In this document: positions 51,988-64,000 of the stretch, piece by piece
How positions within the stretch are numbered: the first letter of the stretch is position 1
How the letters are laid out: each line of letters begins with the position of its first letter
Source of the DNA: Blasia pusilla
Taxonomy: Eukaryota
Direction: 5' to 3'
Length of the DNA stretch: 64,000 nt
NCBI GenBank assembly: GCA_050084515.1
Contig: CM114271.1
Location: forward strand, 20,026,001 to 20,090,000
Program-made: the position numbers and the translations under genes
Notes under the pieces: model-generated
Told to the model about the DNA's origin: nothing
What the model saw: only the letters and a program-made list of their open reading frames with translations
Database searches by the model: none

Positions 51988-54920
51988 AGCGATCAATAGG
52001 GAAGATCACACATTTTGGGAATCCTTGTATATACTTTCTCTTGCTATTACACAAGTGTTTATCTGAATCATGATTATGGCTGTTTGGATGAAGCACGGTT
52101 GATTGGAGATTTCATCAGAGCTTATAGTGCGTATTCAACTTTATACCCTGAGTAGATGCATGATGTTTCTCAATAGAAGAGAAAGTCAGACTCAATTTGT
52201 GGTGTAGAGCACAATTGTGGTGCTATGTTTGCAGGAATTGCAAGATAGTGTATCTTGACCATGCGGGAGGACATAGGGCAGAAGAATTGTTAAAATTGAA
52301 GTCAGATGTTGAGAATTGAGAAATTTGTGCAATGCAACAGATTTGACATGATTTGAAGAGGGGGAGGCTTCTCAATCCTGATGGAGTTGCTCAAGAGTGG
52401 AGCAATTTACGATTAGATGGTAGGGACGGAGTTTCTGAGATAATTATGATGAGGAAATCAGTGTCAATCGTGACCTAATTGAGTGTGGGAAAGTCAGCAA
52501 GTGCGTGGGCACTTTGTTGCTGATTTTGAGTGAGGCGTGCTTAATTCTGGACCAAATCGGATGAATGTTGGGCACGAGGAAAATCAAGCAAGAAGCGAAA
52601 GTAAGGAGGGAACAATGGTGTTTGATTGTGCAGGGTTTTATGAGATCTGAATTCTCCGTTGGAAAGATCGTGAAAATCTGAGTCCAATTGTGAAAATGGT
52701 ACCAGAAACGGAGCTGATTTGAGAAAGATTCCAAAATTATTCCCTACAATTGCATAGATTCCCTAAGATGAGTGAATCACCAGTGTGGAAAGGGCAGGAG
52801 AGCAACGCTGGAGCTGCTGAGCGAGGCATCAGAACTGAAGTTTTGATAGCCCTTGTTTGGAAAGTGAGAAGGAGTTAGGAGGAGGAGAGCTCTTCATTCA
52901 ATCGGAACTGAAGTTCCAATTTCCCTTGTTGATGAACGTGGTTCACACAAGGAAGAGGTTATGTGGTCAACTTTCCCTCAATCAGAGGTTGGAAAGGTTT
53001 GGGGTGCCGCTAGGTTGGAGGAGCTACCGCCATTAGTTTGGAGCCGTTACTGGAGCGTAGCTAGGACTGCTAGCCACAGAGTTAGTGGAGTAGAGGGAGG
53101 CATGAGAACTTAAGTTCCAATTCAGGAGAGCGCTCCCAAGAGGCAGTTTGGAGCAGAGCGAACTTCAATCAAAATTGAAGTTCTAATTCAACAGCAAGGG
53201 CCGAGTCACCTAATGGGCGCGGCACGACACGACGCGGCAAGGATGACAAGGAGCTCCAAAGGGATTTGGAACTCGAGTTCCATTTCGAGCACAGTTGAGC
53301 CAAGGCGTGGTTCAAATGCATGGTGGTCATCTCGATGACATAGTAGAGATTGACACAGCGGGAGTGACAAGGAAGCAAGGAGGATTTGGAACTCAAGTTC
53401 CAATTTTGTCTCAGTTGGAGAACAGTGGAGCGTCTTAACTGTAGTTGACTACTACAACGTAGTAGAGTGCGGTGGCGTAGGGAAGTGAAGCGAAGAGGCA
53501 ATTGAAACTTCAGTTCCCATTTTGCTCTTCACTTGTGGGTCTCCTCTACAATAAGGTGGAGAAGATAGGAAGGAGGCAATTGGAACTCTAGTTCCCATTC
53601 CGCTCCTCACTTGTGTTGGATTCTCTCTACAAGGGGGGGTGGGGTTGGAGAGGATAATGAGGGCAATCGGAACTGAAGTTATGATCCTTTTGGCGCGGAC
53701 CCAAGAAGTGAGATCGGCGATACTCTCAATTTCAACACAACCTTTAGAGGAAGGAAAGAAGAATCGGAACTCAAGTTCCCATTCCACGGATTCTCAAGTT
53801 AGGTATGGCTATTCTTTAAGCACGGCGAGAGGAAGGAGGAAGAATCGGAATTGTGGTTCTTATTCGGCGGCTTGTTCAAGTGGGCGCGGCTCTTTCTATC
53901 AAATGCAGCGCGACGCAGCATGTGAAGTAGAGAGGGAGGAGTGAGCAATTGGAACTTCAGTTCCAATTTTGTCATTTTTCTGTGAAGTCAAGAAGGAAGG
54001 AAAGAGCCAAGAGCATTCAGAACTGAACTTCCAATTCGGCACTCTTTCTGATGAAGGAAATTTTGGTGACGTAGTCTCTTTTGGTGAGGGCAAGAATCGG
54101 AACCCAAGTTCTAATTCCCACCTTGGTCTACTGTGAATCCGGCGTTTGTGGCATGGTGCAAAACGGAACTGAAGTTCCCATTCAAGTTTGGCAAAGCTAA
54201 GCGTGGCGGAGAAGTGAGCAGGAGGTGAGGCGGGTGAATCACAGGTATTCTCGAATTTCAGGCGAGAGAGGTTTTGAAGGTGCGAGTGGGCGTGAGAGGC
54301 GTCGAAGGTGTGAGGCGCCAGCAAGCCAGCTTGTTGGCGAGCGTGAGGACTTGGCAAGCTGGTGTTAATCCAATTCAGCATAACTTCAAGGTCACCCATC
54401 CCAATTCTATTCCTCCAGAGCATGCTTAACTGGAGAGTTGTTTTGCATGTTGTGTTACCAACACACCCACAAGAAAGTGATGGCTTGCTGTTGCATACAG
54501 GGGAATTTATTCACTTACCTTGCTGCTTATGGAGATGTTTGAGGGGTGATTTTTTGGTGACACAGATTGTGGATTAGTGCGTTGGTGAGTGCACGGCACT
54601 ACCGCGATTATTGTAGAGAACTTGGTGGGATGGATGTATACCACACTAGTTGGGAGTGACTTAGTGTGCGGGCTATTAGCCGAGTGTTGATCTCAAGTGA
54701 GATAAGTGGGGGCGTGTTCACAGTTTGGGCATTGTCTGGTGGAGAGCTAGTGGCTTGAGAGTGAGTCATAGTAGTTTGCAGTTTTCACCACGATGCATCC
54801 ACAGAGTATTGGGGAGCGTGGTAGTGGTAGAAGTGCTAGAGGATTTACCCGGAGTGGGGCTAGATATCGAGGGTTTCCACACGAGGAACCACCTCAGCCA
54901 CCACTTGTAGTTACTCCGAG

Positions 54921-57345
54921 ATGAAATTAGGGGATTCTGAGTTACTCGAAAGGCCACAGAGTGTCGCGAGTGTTCCCCCATCATTGTTGTGGAACATGGA
55001 TGATCGCGATACGTATGGGTCCACGAGGAGACCCCAACGGTTCTCAGGCATGGTGGGAACCATCGAGTTGGATGATTTTATGGAGGAGTTTGATAGTTGG
55101 TGCGATGCACAGAGGATGCGGAACCATCAAAGATTCGACTCTTTTATGGCGTTGAAGGGACTTTTCTGCATTTGGAGGGCTCTCCCATGGATGATTATCA
55201 CAAGTTTCAAATTCTCCATGAGGCGGAGATCGAGGCGTGGAGACTATTTTGGTCTCCAGGATATGTGTCCCTCACAAGGCGTGGGATGTATGATGTGGCA
55301 GCTGCTATAGCACCCACTAACCGCACGGAGGAGACACTTGGAGGAGTTGTTGACCCAAGTCTTACAAGTGTGACCAGCCGCATACCACCAGCGTTCAACC
55401 CGTTGGTCGAGTTCTTACGAGAGTTAGGGAGGAACTATCAGGGGGTGAGGACCAAAAAGCTGAAGTTGATTCATGAGTTTCAGCGGAGAGCGGGAGAGAG
55501 TCTTCGAGAGGCCTATGCACGGCTCCGATGGTTGATTACAGCGACTCAGGGTGTCACAAAGGCACAAGCGGTTCAGTTATGGTATGCAATGTTAGACCGC
55601 AAGTTGCGGAAGAGAGTGCGGGATGCAACTCTCTTACATGTTGGTTCGCCTACTCTCAACTCTGTATTTTTTTTGGCGGAGCGGATTGAGCTCAACATAC
55701 TTGAGGAGAGAGTTTTGACGACAGGCGCGTCATCTTTGAGGGAGACGATACGAGTGATGGTATCTCCATCACTGCTGCAGCGCACTACTCAAGATAGAGT
55801 CATAGGACCGAGGGATATGAGAGGATACCGGGAGCCAGGACCACGATCAATTCAGGCATACGCTAGGCAGTAGGGCTCAGGTATTTCTTGTTGGACGTGT
55901 GGAGGATCACATCGTCAACAAGATTGTAGACAACACAGTGGAGTGCATGTAGCACCATCAACTGTATATGAGGCGGCCGAGGGGAGGCCACCCTTACCTC
56001 AATGTGATCATTGCCAGAGATATGGGCACACACGTGAGAGATGTTTCAAGCTTCACCCCGAGCTGCGCCTAGAGGTAGGTCGAGGACCTGGAGGTGGCAG
56101 AGGACAAGATATAGGAGGTCGAGGATATGGTGGAGGCAGGACCCCACCACCTACCAGAGCGAGTGCAGCACTTGCATCAGAGACAAGTTTGGCGATGATT
56201 GCTCAGTTGGAGCAACACCTTCAGGCTATGACGGCCCAACAGGCATCTACATCACATCTAGGGGGCACGTCGACTTCTGGATCAGCTCAGGCCCTAGATA
56301 TGGTGGGAGGTCTAGGAGGTATGGGATTTTTGTGCAACACCGCACAAGTGGATGCAGATGCAGTGGTTACGAGAGGCGTGGTGAGAGCTTCTCAGCCACA
56401 AGGATCTCATGTGGAGTTGGATCCCCAGATGGGAGAAGCTAGCAGGCAGGCTAGACTTCCCCAATCTTTCACATTGTCAAAGGCTCTTCGGACCCAAGGG
56501 ATGGTTCCTAGAAGGCCTTTGAGGAGTGTTGTTGTTGCAAATGCTGATGGAGTTAAAGGAGTAGGTGAGGCGAGTACGTCTACCAGGCCTATGCAACATT
56601 TGACATAGCCTAACACTGGCACGTTACGAGAGATGGCGACGGCTTTGTGTAGCATCCCATTATTTATGGCCAGAGTTTTGTTGACATGTGGAGGTCCACT
56701 AGTTGAGGTTTTTTGGTTGGCGGCGACGCTCTATGAGAGGAATGAGTTTGGTTCTTCTAGTGTTGAGACTCGCAAAGGAGATGTGGCAGAGATACCCTTG
56801 GAGCAGGTGCTCAAGACGAGAGCCACAGAGAGTTGGCATGCAACAACGGCTAGAGTGGCGGAGTTGCCAGCTAGACCAGTGATAGAGCGTGCATCTATCT
56901 CACCAAGAGTTGTTGTCTTGGACAACCGAGATGGAGTTTTCTAGTTGGTTGGTTCATCCAGAGTTATGTATCGATTGTAGAGAGTGCTACTTGATTCAGG
57001 AGCACAACCCCTTATGTTGGGGAAGGCGGCATGTGTAGTGATGGGATTGCAGAAGTGTGAGATCACTCCATGTCCATTCCAGATTCAGACTTCACTGGGA
57101 GGTACATCCTCGACACAGTTCATGACTCGTGATGAGATTGCAGTGAGGATTTGACCCGATCATCCTACTGATAGTGCGATGGTGCGGACGTGAGCGGTTG
57201 CGATACTGGCCGAGTCTTATGATGTTTTGGTAGGGGCTACCGTATTGTATCCTCTAGGGTTCACACTTGACTTTTGGGAGGAGACAACCTCCTATCGACC
57301 AAGTTGGCAGTCAGGTGAGGGACGAGCCAGTCAGCTACCTGTGTA
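54921..57345 (+). pseudogene. Gag (CCHC knuckle) and aspartic protease, copy 2
   Basis: GTIELDDFMEEFDSWCD, RRAGESLREAYARL and CDHCQRYGHTRERC. Protease VLLDSGAQPLML at about 56984-57019, and YDVLVG. Confidence 0.85.
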
Positions 57346-57672
57346 GTATGCAAGGAGACTTGGTGGCTCACTTCGAGGGTCAAACACAACAGTTGCTATT
57401 TATTGTGGCACATTATGTTGGCCTGGAGATTTATTGGAGGGGAGCGCCGATGTAGAGGATATTCGTGTAGAGGATAGTCTTGAGGAGTGGCATGCGATGA
57501 CGAGCGTGGCTACATGTGTTGGCTACACTTCTTCAACTTTGTGGGGGACAAGCATCCATTTGCAGAGGAGAGCAGACGAGCTTGTGAGGCAGGCATGGAG
57601 CCAAGCCTATGCTCTAGAGCGAGACGGGACAAAGTTACCATGTGCTCTAGGAGTGGAGACGTTGACAGCCTT

Positions 57673-58665
57673 GGACACCACACCGATTGTGTGGTAGTAT
57701 CCCGAGGAGGGTGTACGTATACTAGATCTCTTTGGATGGATTAGTACAGCGTTGGCTGGAGTGTTTCAGGCCGCAGTACAAGTACAAAAATACTTGTATG
57801 TGGAGAGAGATATGACTGCACGTAGAGTCATATCATTACATCATGTGTCGAGACTAGTCCAACAATATCCTCAATTATTTGTAGTGTTTGTAGTCAGGGG
57901 ATATCATCATGTTTTTCCGACCGACATTTCATTGTTGGGGGCACTCAATCTGGATAGGGTTGGTCCGATACACTTGGTGTTGGCAAGGTGGCCATGTCAG
58001 GGTCATTCTTTGACGGGTCGGGGACTTGGTTTGCATGACCCGCGGTCGACCATGTTTTGGGAGATGTTGCGAGTTCTTCGTCACTTGCAGACTACCTAGC
58101 GATGTTCTCCAGCCTACATTTTGGAGAACGTCCCATTGTTAGGTAACACTTGAGCCTGAGTGATTGTGAGTGTACATCAAGTGCGGTCTTGGATAGGAAT
58201 GGCAGGTATGTTGGATGCGGCAAGTGTTGGATCGTGCGCACACTGTCCACGATTATGGTGGATGAACCTTTTACCATCTGAGTTGTTGAGGCGGGCTTAT
58301 GATGGAGTCCAGAGACCATCACTACTTACGGTGGATGCGATCTTGGATCCATAGCGGCGATCTCAGGTTGTTACTCGTGATGATGTACCACCGTTGGCAG
58401 TGGCCAATCGGGTGGGCTAGCAGAGGGCAGCATTTCCTACGTTGGTGAATTTTCCGGCATCTCATGCTTTTCATCAGGGAGGACCAGACATGACATGGGA
58501 TGAGCAAGGAGGTACACTAGTAGAGCCCAAGGCCGACGAGCGAGAGCGAGCTATGGGGTTCTCTACAGGTACGACGGCGGTGCTTATGCTGGCAGAGGCA
58601 TCCCACAAACATGTATTGGGTTAGGCTATGGACCTGAACTGTCTTACTTGGGTGTTCAGTCTTGG
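57673..58665 (+). pseudogene. C5 cytosine DNA methyltransferase domain within pol, copy 2
   Basis: ILDLFGWI, YVERD, DISLL, HLVLARWPCQG, GLHDPRSTMFWE, YILENV, LDAASVGSCAHCPRLWW.N, ERERAMGF and VLG*AMD. Confidence 0.9.
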
Positions 58666-58960
58666 TTTGGCTGAGCAACAACGGATACAAGAGGCATCTG
58701 TGACATTACGTCCACTTTGCAACACATCGTCTAACAGGACGGGTGAGACACTGGTTGGGGGCGCGAGACATCCATGGACTTCATGGGACATGTCACGAGA
58801 GCACAAAGAGATGGGAATTTATTTTGCTGATGCAAGACATAGTGGAGTGCCTAGAGAGTTGGTGTCTGAGTTGGGAGCGCATGTTGATGCTCTAGAGGTT
58901 GCTAGTTAGCAACCACCACCCTCCTCTTCTCCAGAGGTAACGAGAGAGACTTGGGAGCCG

Positions 58961-61945
58961 ATGATTGGTCTTAGGTTGACAAGAGCGGAGAGGAGACAAG
59001 TGTTGCAATTCTTATGGAGATTCAAGGATTGTTTTGCATATAGTATGCACAACTTGGGTACACTGAAAGGTCTAGGTATTCGGATCGAGTTGGATAGTGA
59101 TACTCCTATCTTCCGACGACCCTACAAGTATTCTGATATGGAGCGAGCCTTGATTCAGAGTAAGAGTCGAGACTTGACTGATGCTCAAATGGTGGAGAGA
59201 TTGCTTGGAGAGTATGCATGTGCTATCAATCGGCATACGAAGGCCGATTGCTATGTTGTGCCTACTCCCGAGGAGATCTTAGATGCGGTGGGGAATGCAA
59301 GGATCTTCAATTGTTTGGATCTCTGTGCTGGCTATCATCAGTTGCCTATCTTAGTGGAGGACAGGGAGAAGACAACATTTTGGGGGATAGATCCTTTCGC
59401 GAAGGATTTTTTGTACCACTGGAAGTTCTTACCATTTGGGTTGAAGAACGCCCCTACGGGTTTTCAGCAAGTTATAGATAGGATTTTGGCTAATTTGGAT
59501 TATGCGAGATATTACATCAATGAAATTATCGTCTTCAGTGGCACGGTTGAGGAATATGAGAGACATCTGGAGGAGGTGTTTCGAGGATTGCAGTTACATG
59601 GGCTGAAGTTACATCCAGGCAAGTGCACGTTCTTCCATGACTAGATCGAGTATCTTGGACGCACCATTTATCCAGGGGTATTGGAGTTCAGAAGACGAAG
59701 GTGGAGGCCATAGTGCCAATTCTCTGCCCTACAGATGTGAGTCGAGCTCGAGCTTTCATAGGATTGGCGAACTACTACCGACGGCACGTGAAGGGCTTTA
59801 GTGCGATTGCAAAGGCACTGACTTTGTAGACTTGGTTGGACCAGGAGTGGTTTTGGGAAGATGACCATGAGTGAGCATTTCAAGAGCTCAAGGCAGGTTG
59901 ACGTCCTCACCCATTTTGAGGAGACCTATGCATGGTCGCCCGTTCTAGTTACATACAAACTAGAGTATGTTGGGGTTAGGAGCGCTGCTCACTCAAAGAG
60001 ATGATGAGGGGAAAGAGTTCGTAGTGGCATATGCGAGCCGTTTGAATAACACTGCGGAGGCAAAGTAAAATTCCTATGAGGGGGAGTGCTCAGCTATAGT
60101 GTGGGTAGTGGCCCCTTTTAGGTGTTATTTGTTCGGGAATCGTTTCACGCTCATAACTGATCATCAGCCACTCAGATGGTTGATGGAGTGTGACAAGCTT
60201 ACAGGGAAGCTTGCCAGATGACCACTCTTATTGTAGAAGTACACTTTTTAGGTTGTCCATCACCCAAGACATCTGAACTAGGATGCGGACAGGTTGAGCC
60301 GTAACCCACGCACGAGCCAGAGCGATGCGACTCGAGCGCGGTGGCATGGTGAGAATGATGAAGAGATGGTGTCGGGTTGGCATGCATCTGCCTATTTGTG
60401 TTTGTTGGCTATGTCAGGTCAACAAGAGGCATCTACTCCAAGAGGGAGGTTGGATGGCAAGTCCGCAGATCCAGATGCTCGTGAGGAGTCGACAAGGACT
60501 GGAGATATCGACGATGATGAGATGGTCTTGGAGTACCTGCACATTGGTGTCTTAGCAAGCACGGAGGGTGCTAGAGAGCGGGATTGAGTGCTACAAGGAG
60601 CCAGGAGGTTCAAGTGGGAGGGGATGCATGAGCTTTGAGTTTGGGATGATGGACGAGTGCGGATGGTGCTGCATCCTTCGCAGCGAGCACGAGTCGTGAG
60701 ACATGCTCACGAGGAGTTAGGGCATTTTGGAGTCAAGCATACGTATAGCTTGATTGAGATTCAGTATTGGTGGCGTGGTATGTGGACTGATGTTAAGTAG
60801 TTTGTAGTTTTATGCATTGTATGTGAGAGGGTGCGGACATCGTTCAATGCTTCGACAACACACTTGCATCATTTACCGATCATGGGATTTGGATATTGTT
60901 GGAGTTTAGACTTTGCAAGGCCTTTACTATTGACGGGACGCCATAGTCGGTACGTGTTGGTCATGGTGGAGCACTTCTCCAAGTGGATTGAGTTGGTAGC
61001 GTTGCGGGATAGGTCAAGTGAGGGAGCGGCTTATGCATTTATTGATAGAGTGCTTAATCAGTTCGACGCACCAGCAGAGGTGTTGACACACCAGGGTATT
61101 GAGTTTAGGGGTGACTTTCAGGCCTTGTGTGATCAAGCATTGAGAGATCATTGTACAACTTCTTGAGATCATCCGGAGGCATATGGTTTGGCATAGAGAG
61201 TTGTGCAGACAGTGAAGAGAGGATTGCGCAAGTATGGAATGTAGAGTGGACACTTGGGAGATTGGGACCTACAGTTGTCGTGGTTGGCGATGGGTTACCG
61301 CTTTAGTCGGCATGCATTCGTGGCATTATTTTCATCGTATTTCTTCCTCTATGGGAGAAATCCAGGATTACCGTATTGATTCGACAAGATGTGGTTGAGG
61401 TACTTCACCTCGACGATCCAAACGTATGGGTGCGAGTGTGTTCTCAACGGGCTGATCTCTTTCAAAGAGTCATGCCTATGGCATTTGAGAACCTGGCTAT
61501 CGCTAAGCATTGCAATACTCTGAGGGACGCGACTAGGCATGGAGGAGGCTATCGACCAGGGATTCGGCGATTCCATCCTTGCGATTATGTCTACCTACAG
61601 CAAACAGCGCCGACGACATTGGACGGGAAGGTGGGACGCACTATTCTATGAGTGTGAGAGATTTTACCTTTAGGAGTCCTTGTTTTAGATGGTTGTGATG
61701 ATACGGTTTGGAAAGATCATGTGCGTAACTATGCGCCATGTCATCTTTCGAACGTAGATGGGAGGATTGATCCAAGCTTGGCAGTTGTTCTTGCAGGCTT
61801 AAGATGCATGTTATGAGGATCTGCCAGAGGCCCAGCCACGATGCTAGTTTGTGATGGGTGTTCTCGAGGATGGCATATGTCGTGTTTGACACCGCCTCTT
61901 GACTTTGTTCCTCAGGGACGTTGGCTTTGTCCCAGATGTACATAG
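58961..61945 (+). pseudogene. RT, RNase H, DDE integrase and C-terminal PHD finger, copy 2
   Basis: FNCLDLCAGYHQ, LPFGLKNAP, YINEIIVFS (decayed YxDD), TDHQPL, HAHEELGHFG, WSLDFARPL and VEHFSKWIE. PHD MLVCDGCSRGWHMSCLTPPL...GRWLCPRC at about 61800-61940. Confidence 0.92.
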
Positions 61946-64000
61946 GTGTGATAGGTAGATACAAGATGACTCTTGATATTATGGATTGCAGGATGGTGAC
62001 TAACGATGGGGCGACATAGCAACCGACCTCATGGTCTTAGCACCAAAAAAGTGCATTGCATTTAGACTTGTTTTGTAGGCTATCTGGAGTTAGAGGGACC
62101 TAACCACCAACTAGGGGGGCGATTGGGATTGTCTAGTCGTTCATGTGTAGAGATGTTAGGATCCATAGCTAGATGGATCTTAGACATGTGTGTGCATGAC
62201 AGCTGATGTATGTTGGCAACAATGTGTATTCCCACGACAGTTGTCATGGTAGATGAGGCGTAGGGCGAGAAAGTATCGAGGCCTTAGAGGGGTTTTGTAC
62301 TTCTCTATTTTGAGAGGTCATATGTGACCTGCTCTTAGCAGATGACCTACAAGTATAGGTCATGCTTCCCTTTATGAGGAGTGGCAACCTTGGAGAGGTT
62401 GACCTTCCCAGCCATGTATGGCTCCACTTGGACCTATAGGGTCGTTTGGTAGTTGGTCTCATGAGGGGACCACATATGTAGTTGTTAGGGAGCTAGTATG
62501 GGTGTACTATAGGTGGGTAGTGACTTGCTAGGAGGGAGGTGACCCATGTGTCCAGGTCATCCATGGAGATGGCCAGGGGGATATACCTCGGATGAAGTTT
62601 ATTTGGGGCTCATCTCCTTAGGATTGCAGACCCTTGTTGGGATCCGTGATACAATGCGGCTTGCATGTATTGAGCATAGATTCTGTCTTGAAGAGTGGGC
62701 TAGGGTTTATTAGGGTTGTCCAGTCGTTCATGGGGAGAGATGTTAGGATTCATAGCTAAAGGTTAACATCCACATATGGAGATATATTTTCAGTTCTCTC
62801 TACTCATACTACTCTGTCATGGTAGATGAGGTGTAGGACGAGATAATGTCGAGGCCTTAGAGGGGTCTTGTACTTCTCTATTTTTAGAGGTCATATGTGA
62901 CATGCTCTTAGGAGGTGACCTACAAGTATAGGTCATCCTCCCCTTTATGAGGAGTGACAACCTTGGAGAGGTTGACCATCCCAGTCATGTATGGCTCCAC
63001 TTGGACATACATGGTTGTCCAAGTGGTTCATTTGGTAGTTGGTCTCATGAGGGAACCACATGTGTAGTTGTTAGGGAGCTAGTATGGGTGTACTACAGGT
63101 GGGTAGTGACTTGCTAGGAGGGAGGTGACCCGTGTGTACAGGTCACCCATGGAGGTGCCTAAGGGGATATACCTCGGATGAAGCTCATTTGGGGCTCATC
63201 TCCTTGGAATTGCAAACCCTTGTTGGGATCCGTGATATAGTGCGGCTTGCATGTATTGAGCGTGGATTCTCTCTTGAAGAGTGGGCTAGGAGCGATCAAT
63301 AAGGAAGATCACACATTTTGGGAATCCATGTGTATACTTTCTCTTACTGTTATACTATTATTATGTATCTGAATCATGAGTATGGCTATTTGGATGAAGC
63401 ACGGTTGATTGCAAATTTTATTAGAGCTTACAGTGCGGATTCATAGCTAGATGGATCTTAGACATGTGTGTGCATGACAACTGATGTATGTTGGCAGCGA
63501 TGTGTATTTTCACGATAACTGTAGCACTAGGGTTCATTTCTATTTCAAAATATGATGATACAATGATGCTCAAATTTCACTTTATTTCTATGCTTAGACT
63601 TGTTGCTACAATGAGAGCTCATACGCTTTGGTACTTATTAATTGTTGTGCTTATGAAAACCCTCACCCCGGATGCCAACTGGAAAGAAGAAAGTAGTGCT
63701 TCTACTCCAAATTAATCTCAATATTTTAATTTCCCTTAACTTTTAAGTGCATTCAATTGTGAATATGGATCATTCTCCATTGATAAGTAGCTCCAATCCT
63801 CCAACAGATGTGAAGTAGCTCGAGTCCTTACTCTTGCTTCTCGAATGATCCATGCACATGACTTATAAGTGAGTACTCTGAAGAAGACATACAAACAAAC
63901 AAAAAAAATATATACATAGGTCCAAATGCTGTAGAATAAGGCAATGGAAAACCCACATACTTCGAAGAGGCACTATGGAATCAAGCTGGAAGATGTAGTG

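Larger units (their letters stand above)
51525..63519 (+). mobile_element. Ty3/Gypsy-type retrotransposon, copy 2 (degenerate; related to copy 1), carrying C5-DNA methyltransferase and PHD domains, with split direct repeats
   Basis: A1 51525-51987. PPT-like AGGGGGG 62113-62119. B1 62122-62241, A2 62242-62704, B2 62709-62758 plus 63437-63519. Same domain order as copy 1. Confidence 0.92.

Overview
Eukaryotic land-plant nuclear DNA, probably a non-seed plant such as a bryophyte (inference). It holds three intact-looking host genes: an intronless Exo70 (3495-5564, +), a 14-exon E2F transcription factor (15872-20586, -) and a 5-exon CBS-domain protein (46993-49712, -). It also contains microsatellites, a minisatellite, remnants of a Helitron-type Pif1 helicase and a PIF/Harbinger transposon, and a mitochondrial ccmFC insertion. 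The standout is a pair of related, decayed ~12 kb Ty3/Gypsy-type retrotransposons (25594-37492, -; 51525-63519, +). Their polyprotein order is Gag - protease - C5 DNA cytosine methyltransferase (DNMT3-like motifs) - RT - RNase H - DDE integrase - PHD finger. Their ends are not ordinary paired LTRs. Both show an A1...B1-A2-B2 split-direct-repeat layout, with no evident tRNA primer-binding site or target-site duplication. That layout is normally associated with tyrosine-recombinase retroelements, not DDE-integrase ones.
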